The notes under the pieces were generated by a model. That model made no database searches. It was not told where the DNA came from and saw nothing but the letters and a program-made list of their open reading frames with translations. Positions 27,394-38,158 of a DNA stretch of 64,000 nt are shown here, piece after piece. The stretch comes from a bacterium (GTDB taxonomy: Bacteria; SAR324; NAC60-12). The stretch lies in NCBI GenBank assembly GCA_965209155.1, contig OZ242383.1, forward strand, positions 4,032,001 through 4,096,000, given 5' to 3'. A program made the position numbers and the translations under genes. Each line of letters begins with the position of its first letter. Position 1 is the stretch's first letter.

Positions 27394-29733
27394 ATGAATT
27401 CAGCACCCGGACAATTTTCCGCTCTTAGCGGAATTATCGTGGTTGAGGTCGCAGGCGGTGTCGCGGGAGCGTACTGCGCGAAGCTCTTTGCCGATATGGG
27501 AGCTAAGGTTTTGCGCATTGTCCCGGCAGGGGGCGATCCCATGGAAAACGAATTGATTCACCCCGATGAGATATCGACGCGCGGACTGTACGCTGCTTAT
27601 CTCAACGCAGGAAAGCAGGTGCTTTATCCGAATGCGGTGGATCAAGTAGATGTCCTGATCTATGGGGAGGCCGCGGATCGAAATATTCAGGTAAAGCCCC
27701 CGCGCTTCGCGACCCTGGATATCGGTTGGTTTGGGGCTGACGGTCCGTATGCCGACTGGTCCGGCTCCGATTTGATCGTTCAAGCGTTGGCAGGCCTCAT
27801 TCATCCGCTCGGACCTGTCGATGGTCCACCCGTGTTCATGGGAGATCATCAATCCGCCATGGTGGGCGGTGTTGCGGCGTATTGTGCGGGGTTGGCGGCG
27901 CTTATTGGTGGATGCGCGCATCAGCGGTACGAAATAAGCACTCTCGAAGCCATTATAATGGTCGCCGAGATGCAATTGTGTCAATCACAGTCGCTCGGCG
28001 AATCGCTACCACGGGTGGGTGTTAACCGATTCGTGCCGACCTGTCCTCTGAGCATTCACCGATGCAAAGAGGGATGGATTGGCATAACACTGATAACGCC
28101 CGTGCAATGGCAGAACTTCTGCTCAATCTTGGACCTGCCTGACTTGGCCGCTGAACCGGAACTTAATTACTCCAAAGGCCGGGTACTCGCCGTCGAGCGC
28201 ATAGAGGCGGCGTTTGATAGCAGGTTTTCACTTCGCACAGCGGATGAATGGGCTGCGCTTGGGCGGCGCCACAAAGTGCCAATGGTGGTGGTACCAAACG
28301 CGCAAGGTATTTTGAAGCATCCGATTTTCAATCACCGTCTTTCTCTGTCGGATGTTTCATGGGACGGTGTCACATATCGAGTGCCCAGAACGCCGATTCA
28401 CTTAGAGGATACGCCGGCGCGCCTGGACCTCGATGACATTGTTGAGAAGACGCCTGTCAACTCGAAAACGGAACCTGCCAAAGACAGCATGAGCCCTTTG
28501 GCGGACGTTCGCGTTATCGATTTTTCCATGGGGTGGGCAGGCCCGCTAGCGACCAGGATGTTGGCTGACTTCGGCGCCGAGGTTATCAAGATCGAGGCGG
28601 GCAGATATCCGGACTGGTGGCGATTGGTTGACTGGTCGTCTGAGGCCATCGAACGGGGTCAATACGAAGAAAGCCTCCAATTCAGCGCGCTCAATCGCGC
28701 CAAGAAGAGCGTCAGCCTGGACCTCACTGCCGAGGAGGGCCAGCGGCTTGCAAAAACACTTGTCGCTAACGCCGATGTCGTTGTAGAGAATCACGCAGCG
28801 GGTGTGATGGACCGGCTTGGCTTGGGCTACGAAGCGTTGAGCGCAGGCCATCGCGAGTTGGTGATGTTGTCTTTATCCGCATTTGGTGGCGGAAATGCCT
28901 GGTCCGATACCCGCGCCTACGGCTCGGTATTGGACCAGGGCTCCGGCTTGCCGAACTTCGTCGGCGAAGAAAATTGGCCGCCGATGATGGCGCACGTGGC
29001 TTATGGCGATCCCATTGGTGGAATCTACGGCGCGGCGTCGTTACTCACTGCGATTTTTCACCAGCGCCGTTCGGGTAAAGGGCAATGGATCAATAACTCT
29101 CCGATCGAGGCAATGTTGCCCTTCACGACACCTGCACTGCTGGCTCGACAAGCGACTGGGCACGAACCGGTACGCCCAGGCAACCGGCATCCGGTGCTGG
29201 TCCCACACGGATGCTTCCAGTGCCGTGGGGAGAATCGATGGATTGCGGTCGCGGTGGCTGACGGGCCAAGCTGGAAGGCACTTACCGATATTATCGGGCG
29301 TCAAGATTTGCGCGACGATGCAACGCTACTCGAGAGTCCGGTTCGCCGTGTGCGGCAAGCCGAGTTAGAGAGCGCCATTGCGAACTGGACACTGGAAAAA
29401 GAGGCTCGCGAGGCCGCGTTCACGTTACAGACTGCCGGTATCTTAGCCGCTCCGATTCACCATCTCGACGAAGTGGAATCAGATCCACACCTGGTTGCCA
29501 GGCGATTTTTTTACTCCATTGAACACCCGCACGCGGGCCGGCAGAACCAAGTCGGATTGCCATGGAAGGTCAACGGTGAACGATATCCGATGCGTGGATT
29601 GGCACCTTTGTTGGGCGGTAATTCCGCAGAAGTGCTGAAACGGCTTGCGGATACTGATGCGCAAGGCTTCGAATCGTTGCTGAACCGGGGGATTGTGAGC
29701 CTGAAGCCGACCGAACTTCGAAAAACTCGCTAG
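27394..29733 (+). CDS. Family III CoA-transferase (CaiB/BaiF) with two fused domains
   Basis: Two repeats: AGAYCAKLFADMGAKV and AGPLATRMLADFGAEVIKIE; LNRAKKSVSLDL. Confidence 0.92.
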   Translation: MNSAPGQFSALSGIIVVEVAGGVAGAYCAKLFADMGAKVLRIVPAGGDPMENELIHPDEISTRGLYAAYLNAGKQVLYPNAVDQVDVLIYGEAADRNIQVKPPRFATLDIGWFGADGPYADWSGSDLIVQALAGLIHPLGPVDGPPVFMGDHQSAMVGGVAAYCAGLAALIGGCAHQRYEISTLEAIIMVAEMQLCQSQSLGESLPRVGVNRFVPTCPLSIHRCKEGWIGITLITPVQWQNFCSILDLPDLAAEPELNYSKGRVLAVERIEAAFDSRFSLRTADEWAALGRRHKVPMVVVPNAQGILKHPIFNHRLSLSDVSWDGVTYRVPRTPIHLEDTPARLDLDDIVEKTPVNSKTEPAKDSMSPLADVRVIDFSMGWAGPLATRMLADFGAEVIKIEAGRYPDWWRLVDWSSEAIERGQYEESLQFSALNRAKKSVSLDLTAEEGQRLAKTLVANADVVVENHAAGVMDRLGLGYEALSAGHRELVMLSLSAFGGGNAWSDTRAYGSVLDQGSGLPNFVGEENWPPMMAHVAYGDPIGGIYGAASLLTAIFHQRRSGKGQWINNSPIEAMLPFTTPALLARQATGHEPVRPGNRHPVLVPHGCFQCRGENRWIAVAVADGPSWKALTDIIGRQDLRDDATLLESPVRRVRQAELESAIANWTLEKEAREAAFTLQTAGILAAPIHHLDEVESDPHLVARRFFYSIEHPHAGRQNQVGLPWKVNGERYPMRGLAPLLGGNSAEVLKRLADTDAQGFESLLNRGIVSLKPTELRKTR

Positions 29734-29845
29734 CAGCGTGTCCGACTTAAGAGGCGGGGCAGGATCATCCTCGATGTGGCCACCATCAGCTTCCTCGACT
29801 TCGGTATTCCATCGCCGCAGCCCATTTGGAGGGGAACGACAATGC

Positions 29846-31276
29846 CTATCCCTCTTTTAAATTCGGTCGCAGGGTATGCCATTCCGTCGCTTGTTCATAG
29901 GCATGGCCGACCTGGCACAGGAGAGGTTCACTGAGCGGGTGTCCAACGAATTGGAGAGAGAGGGGCAAGCCGTCCTGGTTGAACCCACACGGAACCGAGA
30001 GTGTGGGAGTGCCATTGAAATCAAAAGGGACGGTGAATCTTTGCAAGGAATAGTCGCCTTCTTTCATAGGGCCATATAACTGTTCAGGAGTCACTGGAAA
30101 GGGGGGTCCAGGCATCGAGGGACAAGCCAACAGATCAATGGTCTCAAAGATTTCTCGAAATCGACCATTGCAGGCAGCCCTCAGGTTATTGGCCCGGGCG
30201 TACTCTGCGCCACTCACCTTGGCTCCCATATCCAGCCAACCGCGAAACCAGGGCCCATACTCCTCACAACGGGAGGGATAGGTCGCTTCATGGGCTAATA
30301 CCGCTTCGGCAGAGCAGAGTGTGTACCAGGCGGGTAAGTATTCATCCACTTCGGGAAACTGAATTTCGATCACTTCGGCACCAAGCTGCTCCAAGAGGCG
30401 CACCCCGGAAGCGATAGCTTCGGCCAACTCCGCATTGGCGTGTTGTCCCGTCCCTTGTTCATCGAACCCGATCCGGACCCCTTTCACCCCGGCATTCAGG
30501 TTTTTCACCATGTCCGGAACCGGGTCAGGAAGCGAGGTAGGGTCATTCGGATCGTGACCAGCGATTGCCTGGAGCATCACAGCCGCATCGGCAGAACTGC
30601 GGGTCAGTGGACCAACATGGTCCAACGACTCGGCCAGGGCCAGAACTCCATAGCGGCTGACTCTGCCCCAGGTTGGCTTCAAGCCCACCACCCCACAGGC
30701 GGCAGCCGGAAAGCGGATAGACCCGCCTGTGTCGCTTCCCAGGGTCCCATAGGCCAATCCTGCTGCAACAGCAACCCCTGATCCGCTGGAGGAAGCCCCC
30801 GACCACACACCCGGATTCCAGGGATTCAAGGGTATCTCAAAGTGAGGATGATATCCCCCCATGGCCCCTTCCGTCAGGTTGAGCTTGCCCAGCAAAACCG
30901 CCCCTGCTTCTGCCAGCCGTGTCACGACAGTCGCATCTTCATTCGGAATATGATCGGCCAATACAGCTGCTCCTCCCATCGTTCGGATCCCCTTCGTAAA
31001 ACACAGATCTTTCACTGCGATAGGGATTCCATGTAAAGGACCCCGATACTTTCCCCCTGCCAGCTCCTGATCTGCCTGCTCCGCAGCAGCCAGGGCCTGC
31101 TCGGTCATCACCGTGGCGTAACTTTTCTGCCTCCCATCCAGGGATGCAATACGCTTCAGGAGAAATTGGGTCAGTTCGACAGAAGATAGCTCCCGGTATT
31201 GAAGGTGGGCGGCTACCTCCAGCAAAGGCTTATAATGAAGCTCATTCAAATCGGATGGTCTTTGTATTCCTGGCAT
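29846..31276 (-). CDS. Amidase signature family protein
   Basis: GPLHGIPIAVKD, GASSSGS, GSDTGGSIRFPA (Ser-cisSer-Lys triad). Confidence 0.95.
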   Translation of the reverse strand: MPGIQRPSDLNELHYKPLLEVAAHLQYRELSSVELTQFLLKRIASLDGRQKSYATVMTEQALAAAEQADQELAGGKYRGPLHGIPIAVKDLCFTKGIRTMGGAAVLADHIPNEDATVVTRLAEAGAVLLGKLNLTEGAMGGYHPHFEIPLNPWNPGVWSGASSSGSGVAVAAGLAYGTLGSDTGGSIRFPAAACGVVGLKPTWGRVSRYGVLALAESLDHVGPLTRSSADAAVMLQAIAGHDPNDPTSLPDPVPDMVKNLNAGVKGVRIGFDEQGTGQHANAELAEAIASGVRLLEQLGAEVIEIQFPEVDEYLPAWYTLCSAEAVLAHEATYPSRCEEYGPWFRGWLDMGAKVSGAEYARANNLRAACNGRFREIFETIDLLACPSMPGPPFPVTPEQLYGPMKEGDYSLQRFTVPFDFNGTPTLSVPCGFNQDGLPLSLQFVGHPLSEPLLCQVGHAYEQATEWHTLRPNLKEG

Positions 31277-31497
31277 CGACTTACCCCCTTGCTATCCTTT
31301 TCACGTGTAACTTTTGAACGTTTGTTGCAGGGCTTTTTTCACCACCTGCCTCGTTTCTCACATGGTTTCAAGGTATCACTGTAGCAAAAGCGCAAATAAA
31401 GAACAATGAGGAATGCTCCTTGCTTCCGCAACACTCGTTTTTGCCGACCATTCCCCTTTCCTTCGAATGGGGAGTGGCGCGTGCTGAAGAGTGAACT

Positions 31498-33051
31498 TCA
31501 CTTCAAGAACCGATCTAAGACATTTCGGGTGATGCGGTCGACATAAGGATTTCCCTCTGCTAAACCCCAGGCCCATTCGGTGGTGCCTACCGAGAAGACT
31601 GCTCCACGTCCTTTGTTGAAGGTGCCCATGGCGGCTTGACCGCGCCTCGCGCGATCACGATTCTCTTTCGTATCAGCCCCAAAAATCCGTCTTGCCACGA
31701 AAGAGGCATCAAAATAGCCAAACCTTCCTTGAAGTTTTGTGTTTTCAGGTTCACCGAGGGATGCAGGCGCGGTGGCAATGATCTCAAAGTCGAGTGAGGT
31801 CCCATCTTCCCCTGTGGGAACGGGCAGTCCCTCCCGGATGGTGTAGGCGCACCCATCCATTTCATAACTACACAAAATATTCTCTTGCCCAAACACATCC
31901 CCAAAACAAAGCTCTGTGCCTTCAAGAGCCCAATGGTCCGGCCGGTATACGGTATAACCCCCTACACCCGCACTAGCATTCAAACCGATTCTGGCATAGC
32001 CTGCCCGGGTGAAAGTCGTGCCCGTCATCTGGGTTTCAGGTCGACCCGTCAACGGGTCAGACCACATGCCGGACATGTATTTTTCATCCTTGGTGCCTAC
32101 CAGGGGATCTTTTTCCAATGTGTCGTATTTATAACCCACCATCTCCCTGCCTTCTTGTTGAAAACGCACTTGCCAATAACTGGTGTTCCCCGACATGAAG
32201 AACGCCTTGCCGCCTTGTTCGATAAAGGATTCTACGGCGTCGCGTTCAGCCCAGGACCAATATTCATCATGGCCGACACTCAGATAACATTGATAAGGGA
32301 ATAAGCACTGAGGGTTTTCATCCAGATCGTACTGAGCATAGTAATCCAACTCATATCCATTTGCTTCAGCCCATACCACAAACTGATGTTCCCAATTATT
32401 GAGAAAGCCTGTAGGCGGATCCCATGCCGGAAAATCCAGATCCAATACTCGATCAAGCACGAAGTCCGCGCTGTTTGCATTTTCCTGAAACCCGCGAGGT
32501 GTCCTCGCCCCCAAACGCATCCTCACCGGCGAGGCGATCAGATAGCGGGAAAACGGCCGGTCCAGGGACAAAATCGGAGATCGATCTCCTGTCATATCAA
32601 ACTTCGATCCGTCCGTCCCATAGAGGCACATCCCTCCCCAAGAATTATAGGCTTGGTAGGTATTGGTTGCGAGGACAAGAGCAAGCTTGGCTTGTCTTCC
32701 CGGGGTCGGATTTTTGATCACCACAAAATGCTCGCAATTCGAATTTTCCGCAATCAGTTGCACACGATAATAACCACTCCTCCATTCCCCGGGAACGTTC
32801 AGTTCAAACGCAACGGGCCACTGACAACCCGTTCGGTAAACCTCAGCAGGAATCTCTTGGGGAGCGGCGCTATAGCCATCTTGTTCAAAGACAACAACTT
32901 CCTGGGCGCCGAGACGAGAAATCCTGCAAGCAAATGCAGGTTCCGGACTGGAGACACGGAACCCAATCGTTTCGCCCGGTAAAAAGCTCAGCTTGTCGGT
33001 GTAGCACCAGAGGGATGATTCATAGTAAGTTCGGTCACGTCGATTTGTCAT
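31498..33051 (-). CDS. N,N-dimethylformamidase large (beta) subunit family protein
   Basis: WRSGYY, ATNTYQAYNSWGG, SLDRP, SVGHDEYWS, MSGNT.YWQVR, VFSVGTTEW motifs. Confidence 0.85.
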   Translation of the reverse strand: MTNRRDRTYYESSLWCYTDKLSFLPGETIGFRVSSPEPAFACRISRLGAQEVVVFEQDGYSAAPQEIPAEVYRTGCQWPVAFELNVPGEWRSGYYRVQLIAENSNCEHFVVIKNPTPGRQAKLALVLATNTYQAYNSWGGMCLYGTDGSKFDMTGDRSPILSLDRPFSRYLIASPVRMRLGARTPRGFQENANSADFVLDRVLDLDFPAWDPPTGFLNNWEHQFVVWAEANGYELDYYAQYDLDENPQCLFPYQCYLSVGHDEYWSWAERDAVESFIEQGGKAFFMSGNTSYWQVRFQQEGREMVGYKYDTLEKDPLVGTKDEKYMSGMWSDPLTGRPETQMTGTTFTRAGYARIGLNASAGVGGYTVYRPDHWALEGTELCFGDVFGQENILCSYEMDGCAYTIREGLPVPTGEDGTSLDFEIIATAPASLGEPENTKLQGRFGYFDASFVARRIFGADTKENRDRARRGQAAMGTFNKGRGAVFSVGTTEWAWGLAEGNPYVDRITRNVLDRFLK

Positions 33052-33054
33052 TTT

Positions 33055-33168
33055 TCAATCGTAAATCCTGGTTTGCTTTGCGGGTTCGGAGAGGCGATTC
33101 AACCGGTCCTGTTGATCCTCACTCAGATTCCAGCCCAGAGCGCCTAGATTGGTGCCGGGTTCTGTCAT
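33055..33168 (-). pseudogene. C-terminal fragment of an aldo/keto reductase
   Basis: Translates ...NLGALGWNLSEDQQDRLNRLSEP..., typical AKR tail. Confidence 0.5.
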
Positions 33169-33518
33169 TTTAACCTCTTTGTTCAAGATACTTTAATACT
33201 TGAAATGGGTTAATTTCAGACTTTCATGTCATCCTGTTGGTATGCCCACTCCGCGTACGGGATTCGGCAAAGCGAAGGATCGAATTATTGCCCTTCCCTC
33301 CATGGAATAAATTTTGTATATACGCTCTTCAAATATTAATCAAGCTTTTTTTAAATATGTGACTCATTCATGAGTGTCTTCTGATGATCAACGAATAAAT
33401 TATTTAGTTGAGATAAAGAAGTTAACACTTTTGTTTGGCACTTTTCAATTCCCCGTTGATCGTTTTAAAAATCCTCTGGAAGAGATGAGGTTTTACATGA
33501 CTTTCGGCTAAAATATGA

Positions 33519-33794
33519 ATGGCTGAGGCGCTGGGTGACAAGCGAGTGCTGATGCTGCGCAACCACGGGGTGCTGACCGCTGCGCCCACCGTGGCCCAGG
33601 CCTACATGGACCTTTACTTGATCGAGCGTGCCTGCATGTTTCAGCTCCTTGCGACCAAGGACGATGGAGAGTTGAACCAGATCCCGACCGAGGTGGCCGA
33701 GAAGATTGGCGCGGCAGGCCGACAGGGCCGCGACGGCCATTTCCAGGGCATGAAACAAGTCATCGAAGCACGTGAGCCCGACTACAAGCGATAG
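33519..33794 (+). pseudogene. C-terminal fragment of a class II aldolase/adducin family protein
   Basis: ALGDKRVLMLRNHGVLT...VAQAY..LY.IERAC..Q; N-terminal metal-binding region absent. Confidence 0.75.
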
Positions 33795-34622
33795 ACAGGA
33801 ATTCTTTGGAAAGTCCCCTGGATTCCTGGGCAAGGACTAGGCGTCCCCCCGGCAATGACAAATCAAACTAAATCTTAGACCTCAAGAATAAGGGCCAGAA
33901 ATGACCTCACACCTGACTAGGCTGAGAGAAAATATCAGAGGTCCAAAAAGTGGTCAAAGACGATACGCCGATTTAGACAGCTTAGATTAGAACTGTTTGG
34001 TTTTGTCCATAATCAGAGTCAAGCTCCCTACGGACCTAGACCTCAAGCAGATGCAGCAGTTCGGGCGAAGTTCGCGCCGCGAGTCGGATGGCCCTAAGTC
34101 TGCTCGAAACCGCCGCCTAACACACACTAAAAACTTAAGGTCAAGAAAAAATAGTTCTCCATGAACGTAGGGCATCTCGTTTTCTTGACCGTTTGTTAGT
34201 TTTTGCCACGAACTTCGGTGAGGGAGTGACAAGCCTCTTGAAGGATCCATTTTGCTTTCCGCAACGGGCTATGTCATCGACTCCGCCGAAGTGGCAGAGT
34301 CGAAGGGGCAGATATCCTGCAAAATTACCTTGCTCTTGCACTAAAATCAACAAATCCTTCCTCAATTTCCCTGGGCCTGTACGCCGAGCGGGCACCCCGC
34401 TTTACACACTCATTTGCAAATGGTAAGGTCGCTGCAAATTTTTGATTTTCCAATGTGGCCCTTCATGGATTTGCTTAGTGATGGTGTAACCAGGCAGACA
34501 AAACATCTGATTTCCTTGCATCGGAGTGTTCAATATAGGGAAACACTAAGGAAGATTAAATTAAAAAAGGAATGCGGTTTGCGTGTCAGATGAAAGGTGA
34601 TGCTTATCTTTCTATTCCTGCA

Positions 34623-35501
34623 TCAACGATGACGGGGTAGAGGGAGGTTGCGTTCAGCGATGATGGATTCCATGCGAGCACGTACGTTTTCCTTGGTCCT
34701 TACCAGAGAGGCTGGGTTGGGTACCGTGATGAGGTAGAACCGTTCCTCTTTGATGGCATCAAGCACCCGGTCGGCTACTTCCGATGGTGGCATCCCGTAT
34801 TTTTGATGGCCCTCGTAGACTGCTTTACTATTCGCTTCTATCTTCGCCTGCCGCTCAGCCCCATGCTCGTCTTTCAGGGTTGACGGCCGGTTCCGTCCCG
34901 CCAGGTCCAGATTGGTCGCAACTGAGCCGGGGCAGAGCAAGGTGCACTTCACCTTGCTGTTTCTGTGCGCAAGGTCATAATACAAAGCCTCCGTGATCCT
35001 GGTCACGCCAAACTTGCTCACTTGGTAGGGCCCAATTGGTCCGGCACCGGTCTCAATTCCGTGTACAGAAGAATTATTGACCACGTGTCCCGCTTCATCC
35101 TGTTCAATCATGAGCGGTAAAAAAGTACGTACGCCGTGGATGACTCCCCAGAGGTTGACACCCAGCACCCATTCCCAATCATGCATAGTGGAATCCCAAA
35201 TGGCGGTCGCACCATGGCTGACGACACCGGCATTGTTGCAGAGGATGTGAACCTTGCCGTATTGCTCAAGGGTCCGATTGCGCAGTGCCTCGACCTGTGA
35301 TAACTGTGAGACATCGACCAATTGACCGATCACATCGAGTCCCTGCCCTTGCAGTTCCTCCACTGCGGTGTCCAGCGCTTTTTCCTCGACATCAGCCAGC
35401 ACCACTTTCATGCCTTCACGCGCGAAACGTTCTGCTAACGCATGGCCCATGCCGCTGGCTGCTCCCGTGACCACGGCCACTTTGTCTTTGAATTCTTGCA
35501 A
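34623..35501 (-). CDS. Short-chain dehydrogenase/reductase
   Basis: TGAASGMG, NNAGV, YQVSK (YxxxK). Confidence 0.93.
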   Translation of the reverse strand: MQEFKDKVAVVTGAASGMGHALAERFAREGMKVVLADVEEKALDTAVEELQGQGLDVIGQLVDVSQLSQVEALRNRTLEQYGKVHILCNNAGVVSHGATAIWDSTMHDWEWVLGVNLWGVIHGVRTFLPLMIEQDEAGHVVNNSSVHGIETGAGPIGPYQVSKFGVTRITEALYYDLAHRNSKVKCTLLCPGSVATNLDLAGRNRPSTLKDEHGAERQAKIEANSKAVYEGHQKYGMPPSEVADRVLDAIKEERFYLITVPNPASLVRTKENVRARMESIIAERNLPLPRHR

Positions 35502-35522
35502 TTCCGTCTCCCTTTAGCCCTG

Positions 35523-36551
35523 CTAGCCGCCAGTGCGGGTGAGATCCTCACTGACCTGAATCAGCAGTTTGCCGAAGTTCTTGCCCTGCATCATGCCGAT
35601 GAATGCTTCGGGGGCCTTTTCCAGTCCAACGATGATGTCTTCCTTGTACTTGAGTTTACCATGGCGCACCCACCAGGCCAGCAGGGCATGCGCCTCTTCA
35701 TGACGATCCTTGTACTGTCCTTGATTGGTGCCTTCCATGCGCGCCAGTCCCCCTTGCACGTAGCGGTTAATCCGCAGGCCCCGCAGGGTGCCGATCGGAT
35801 CATTGTACTCGGCAATGGAACCGCAGAGGGGAATACGCGCCCCGGTGTTGATCTGCCCCAACACTACATCCAAGACGGGTCCCCCAACATTGTCAAAGTA
35901 AACATCAATGCCATTGGGACAGGCTTTGGCAAGCCCGGCTTCCAAATCCTCATTGCGATAATCAACCGCGGCATCAAAGCCCAGTTCCTCGACGACGTAG
36001 TCACATTTTTCATGACTGCCCGCGATGCCGACCGCGCGACAGTCCTTGAACTTGGCGATCTGTCCGACAACGGCTCCAACAGCCCCGGCTGCCGCTGAAA
36101 CCACGACCGTCTCTCCGGCCACCGGTTTTCCCACTTCCAGCAGACCAAAATAGGCGGTCACTCCCGGCATACCCACAACCCCAAGCGATGTGGAAATCGG
36201 GACCAGTCCCGGATCCAGGACTCGCAACTCTTCACCAGGAACCACGCCATAACTCTGCCAGCCATAACCTCCCACGTACTGGCACACGAATTGGCCCTCC
36301 TGGAAGTCCGGGTGACGGGAGGAGACCACTTGGCCGGTCACTCCACCAATCAGGACCTGGCCTACCGCTTCCTCATTTCTCATCCTTCCCCTCATGTAGG
36401 GATCCAGCGAAAGATAGATGGTCCGCACCAACACTTCCCCGGCCCCTGGCTGGGGGATGGGATTCTCCACCAGTTCAAAATCTTCCAGAGCCGGCATACC
36501 CTGGGATGTGCGCTTCAAGATAACCTGTTTGTTGACTTCACTCATTTTCAA
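35523..36551 (-). CDS. NADP-dependent oxidoreductase (CurA/prostaglandin reductase-like MDR)
   Basis: YLSLDPYMRGRM, GMPGVTAYFGL, SAAAGAVG, DVYFDNVGG, GKNFGK. Confidence 0.92.
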   Translation of the reverse strand: MKMSEVNKQVILKRTSQGMPALEDFELVENPIPQPGAGEVLVRTIYLSLDPYMRGRMRNEEAVGQVLIGGVTGQVVSSRHPDFQEGQFVCQYVGGYGWQSYGVVPGEELRVLDPGLVPISTSLGVVGMPGVTAYFGLLEVGKPVAGETVVVSAAAGAVGAVVGQIAKFKDCRAVGIAGSHEKCDYVVEELGFDAAVDYRNEDLEAGLAKACPNGIDVYFDNVGGPVLDVVLGQINTGARIPLCGSIAEYNDPIGTLRGLRINRYVQGGLARMEGTNQGQYKDRHEEAHALLAWWVRHGKLKYKEDIIVGLEKAPEAFIGMMQGKNFGKLLIQVSEDLTRTGG

Positions 36552-36772
36552 CCTCTTTACTTGTTGTCTTTAGGCTTCCAGTTTAGTCAAAGGCGGCAAC
36601 GATCTCTTCTTCTACTTGCTGCAAGGCTTCAACATTACCAGAGGGAATATAGCCGAACATGTACGCCCGAAGGGGCGCTGTTCCAGTGTCCCTGTCATAA
36701 TAGGCAATCGCTTCATCCATTTCATCGTCGTCAACTTCGAGCGCGAGGAGCCGAACGGGTGCGTGGACTCGG

Positions 36773-37099
36773 CTAGAACCCCATTTCTTTCTTCAGCGCC
36801 TGGTCAACCCAGAGGCGGGCGAAGAGGGTCTTCCAATTCGTATCTCCAAATGAGCCTTCCCCGTTATACCCTTTGAGCCACGGCTGGCTCACGTGAAAGT
36901 GTGGGGCATCGGGACCCCAGATGAACCAATGCTGCTTGGTGATGTACATATCTGCCTCCCGGAAATATTTCTGGTAACTCTCGAGGTCATTCGCCGCGCG
37001 AAGGGCATCAATGAGCTTGTCAAACTCCGGGTCTTTGCAGAAGCAGGGGTTCCATACTTTCGCGCCTCCATGGAAGCGGGCCACGACATGCTCAGCCAA
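36773..37099 (-). pseudogene. 3' fragment of a family-5 SBP
   Basis: QPWLKGYNGE...ARLWVDQALKKEMGF is the same C-terminus as the SBPs at 4100, 9238 and 11330; only about 108 aa. Confidence 0.8.
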
Positions 37100-37306
37100 G
37101 AATGCAGAACCACTCTGGGAACCCTCTTTTTCACTAAAACAACTTAGTGAAAGTATGATTATAGCAATATATATTTTTTTTTAATTATGTAAACCCCCAA
37201 ATGATAAAAAATGCAGGCTTCGTAAAAAATAGTCATCACCACCGGCAGAGCCGGTGGCTTGAAGAGGCCCCCAGTATGAGGGCAAAACGTGTTCGTCATC
37301 GTAAGA

Positions 37307-37707
37307 CGTGCTCGTGCTCGTGAACGAAAAAGGCTGCCATGTTAGATCATGAAAAACTCGATGTATACCAATGTTCCATCGAATTTTTAGCCTTATCTGT
37401 CCAAGTCATCGAAACATTGCCAAAAGGATACTCAGCCTTAGTTGACCAACTGAAAAGGGCCTCATGGTCGATTCCTCTCAATATCGCAGAAGGCTGTGGA
37501 AAAAATCCCTTTCCTGACAAGCAACGATTCTATGCATTTGCCCGAGGTTCCGCAATGGAATGCGCTGCTATTCTCGATGTTTTAAACGTGTTGAAGATCA
37601 TCCAGCCTCCTTTATTTGACGAAGGGAAACAGTTACTTCATCGCATTGTTTCTATGTTAACCAAAATGTGCCGTCGAATTCACTGACCGTTCACGAGCAC
37701 GAGCACG
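37307..37707. repeat. Perfect 20-bp inverted repeat flanking the four-helix-bundle gene
   Basis: CGTGCTCGTGCTCGTGAACG (37307-37326) and CGTTCACGAGCACGAGCACG (37688-37707). Confidence 0.92.
37339..37686 (+). CDS. Four-helix-bundle protein (23S rRNA IVS protein / Avd-like family)
   Basis: HEKLDVYQ, DQLKRASWSIPLNIAEG, FY.FARGSAMEC, IVSML.K motifs; 115 aa. Confidence 0.92.
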   Translation: MLDHEKLDVYQCSIEFLALSVQVIETLPKGYSALVDQLKRASWSIPLNIAEGCGKNPFPDKQRFYAFARGSAMECAAILDVLNVLKIIQPPLFDEGKQLLHRIVSMLTKMCRRIH

Positions 37708-38158
37708 GCTAACGGACACGGATACCTTTCTCATGTCTGACCGGCAAAGCCTATTAGGTTCGCACCAGCAGAGCTGGTGGTTTAATGAGATTAATTAAAA
37801 ATCTATCAATCAGGGAGATCTGCTTCTTTATGATCATGAGCCAAAAAGCGAAGGTTCACTTCACAATCCAGTGTTTTTTCCAATGGCGATAATGATCGTA
37901 AACGCTTTGCCAGGGAGGGAAATCAGAGTGCTAAGCGCTCTTGCTTCCATGGCTCTCGTTCTTTTTCCAAGAGTTGACTGGCTTCTTGAAAAGCCTCGAG
38001 GTGGGAAATTGATGAAAGGGAATCAATATATTTTTGAACTTTCGAGAGCATAAAGTCCTTTCTGGACTTTATGCTACGCAAAATCTGTGCTTAAATTGAT
38101 GGGTTCTCTGAAGATACCTTAATAGTTACTTGAGATCTTCCTTTCTATCGAGTGAGCC

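Larger units (their letters stand above)
37237..37798. mobile_element. Putative non-autonomous IS200/IS605-like element carrying a four-helix-bundle gene
   Basis: Related hairpins at both sides: CCACCGGC-aga-GCCGGTGG (about 37240-37258) and CACCAGC-aga-GCTGGTG (about 37763-37779); right end repeated at 442-506; no transposase inside. Confidence 0.5.

Noticed and set aside
34100..34205. Integron attC site (GCCTAAC after a possible stop codon)
   Set aside because: No matching GTTRRRY end or extended palindrome, and no integrase; region 33860-34600 remains unexplained
36650..36720. Start of another aldo/keto reductase (MTGTLEQRPFGRT) on the minus strand
   Set aside because: Too short to support a call
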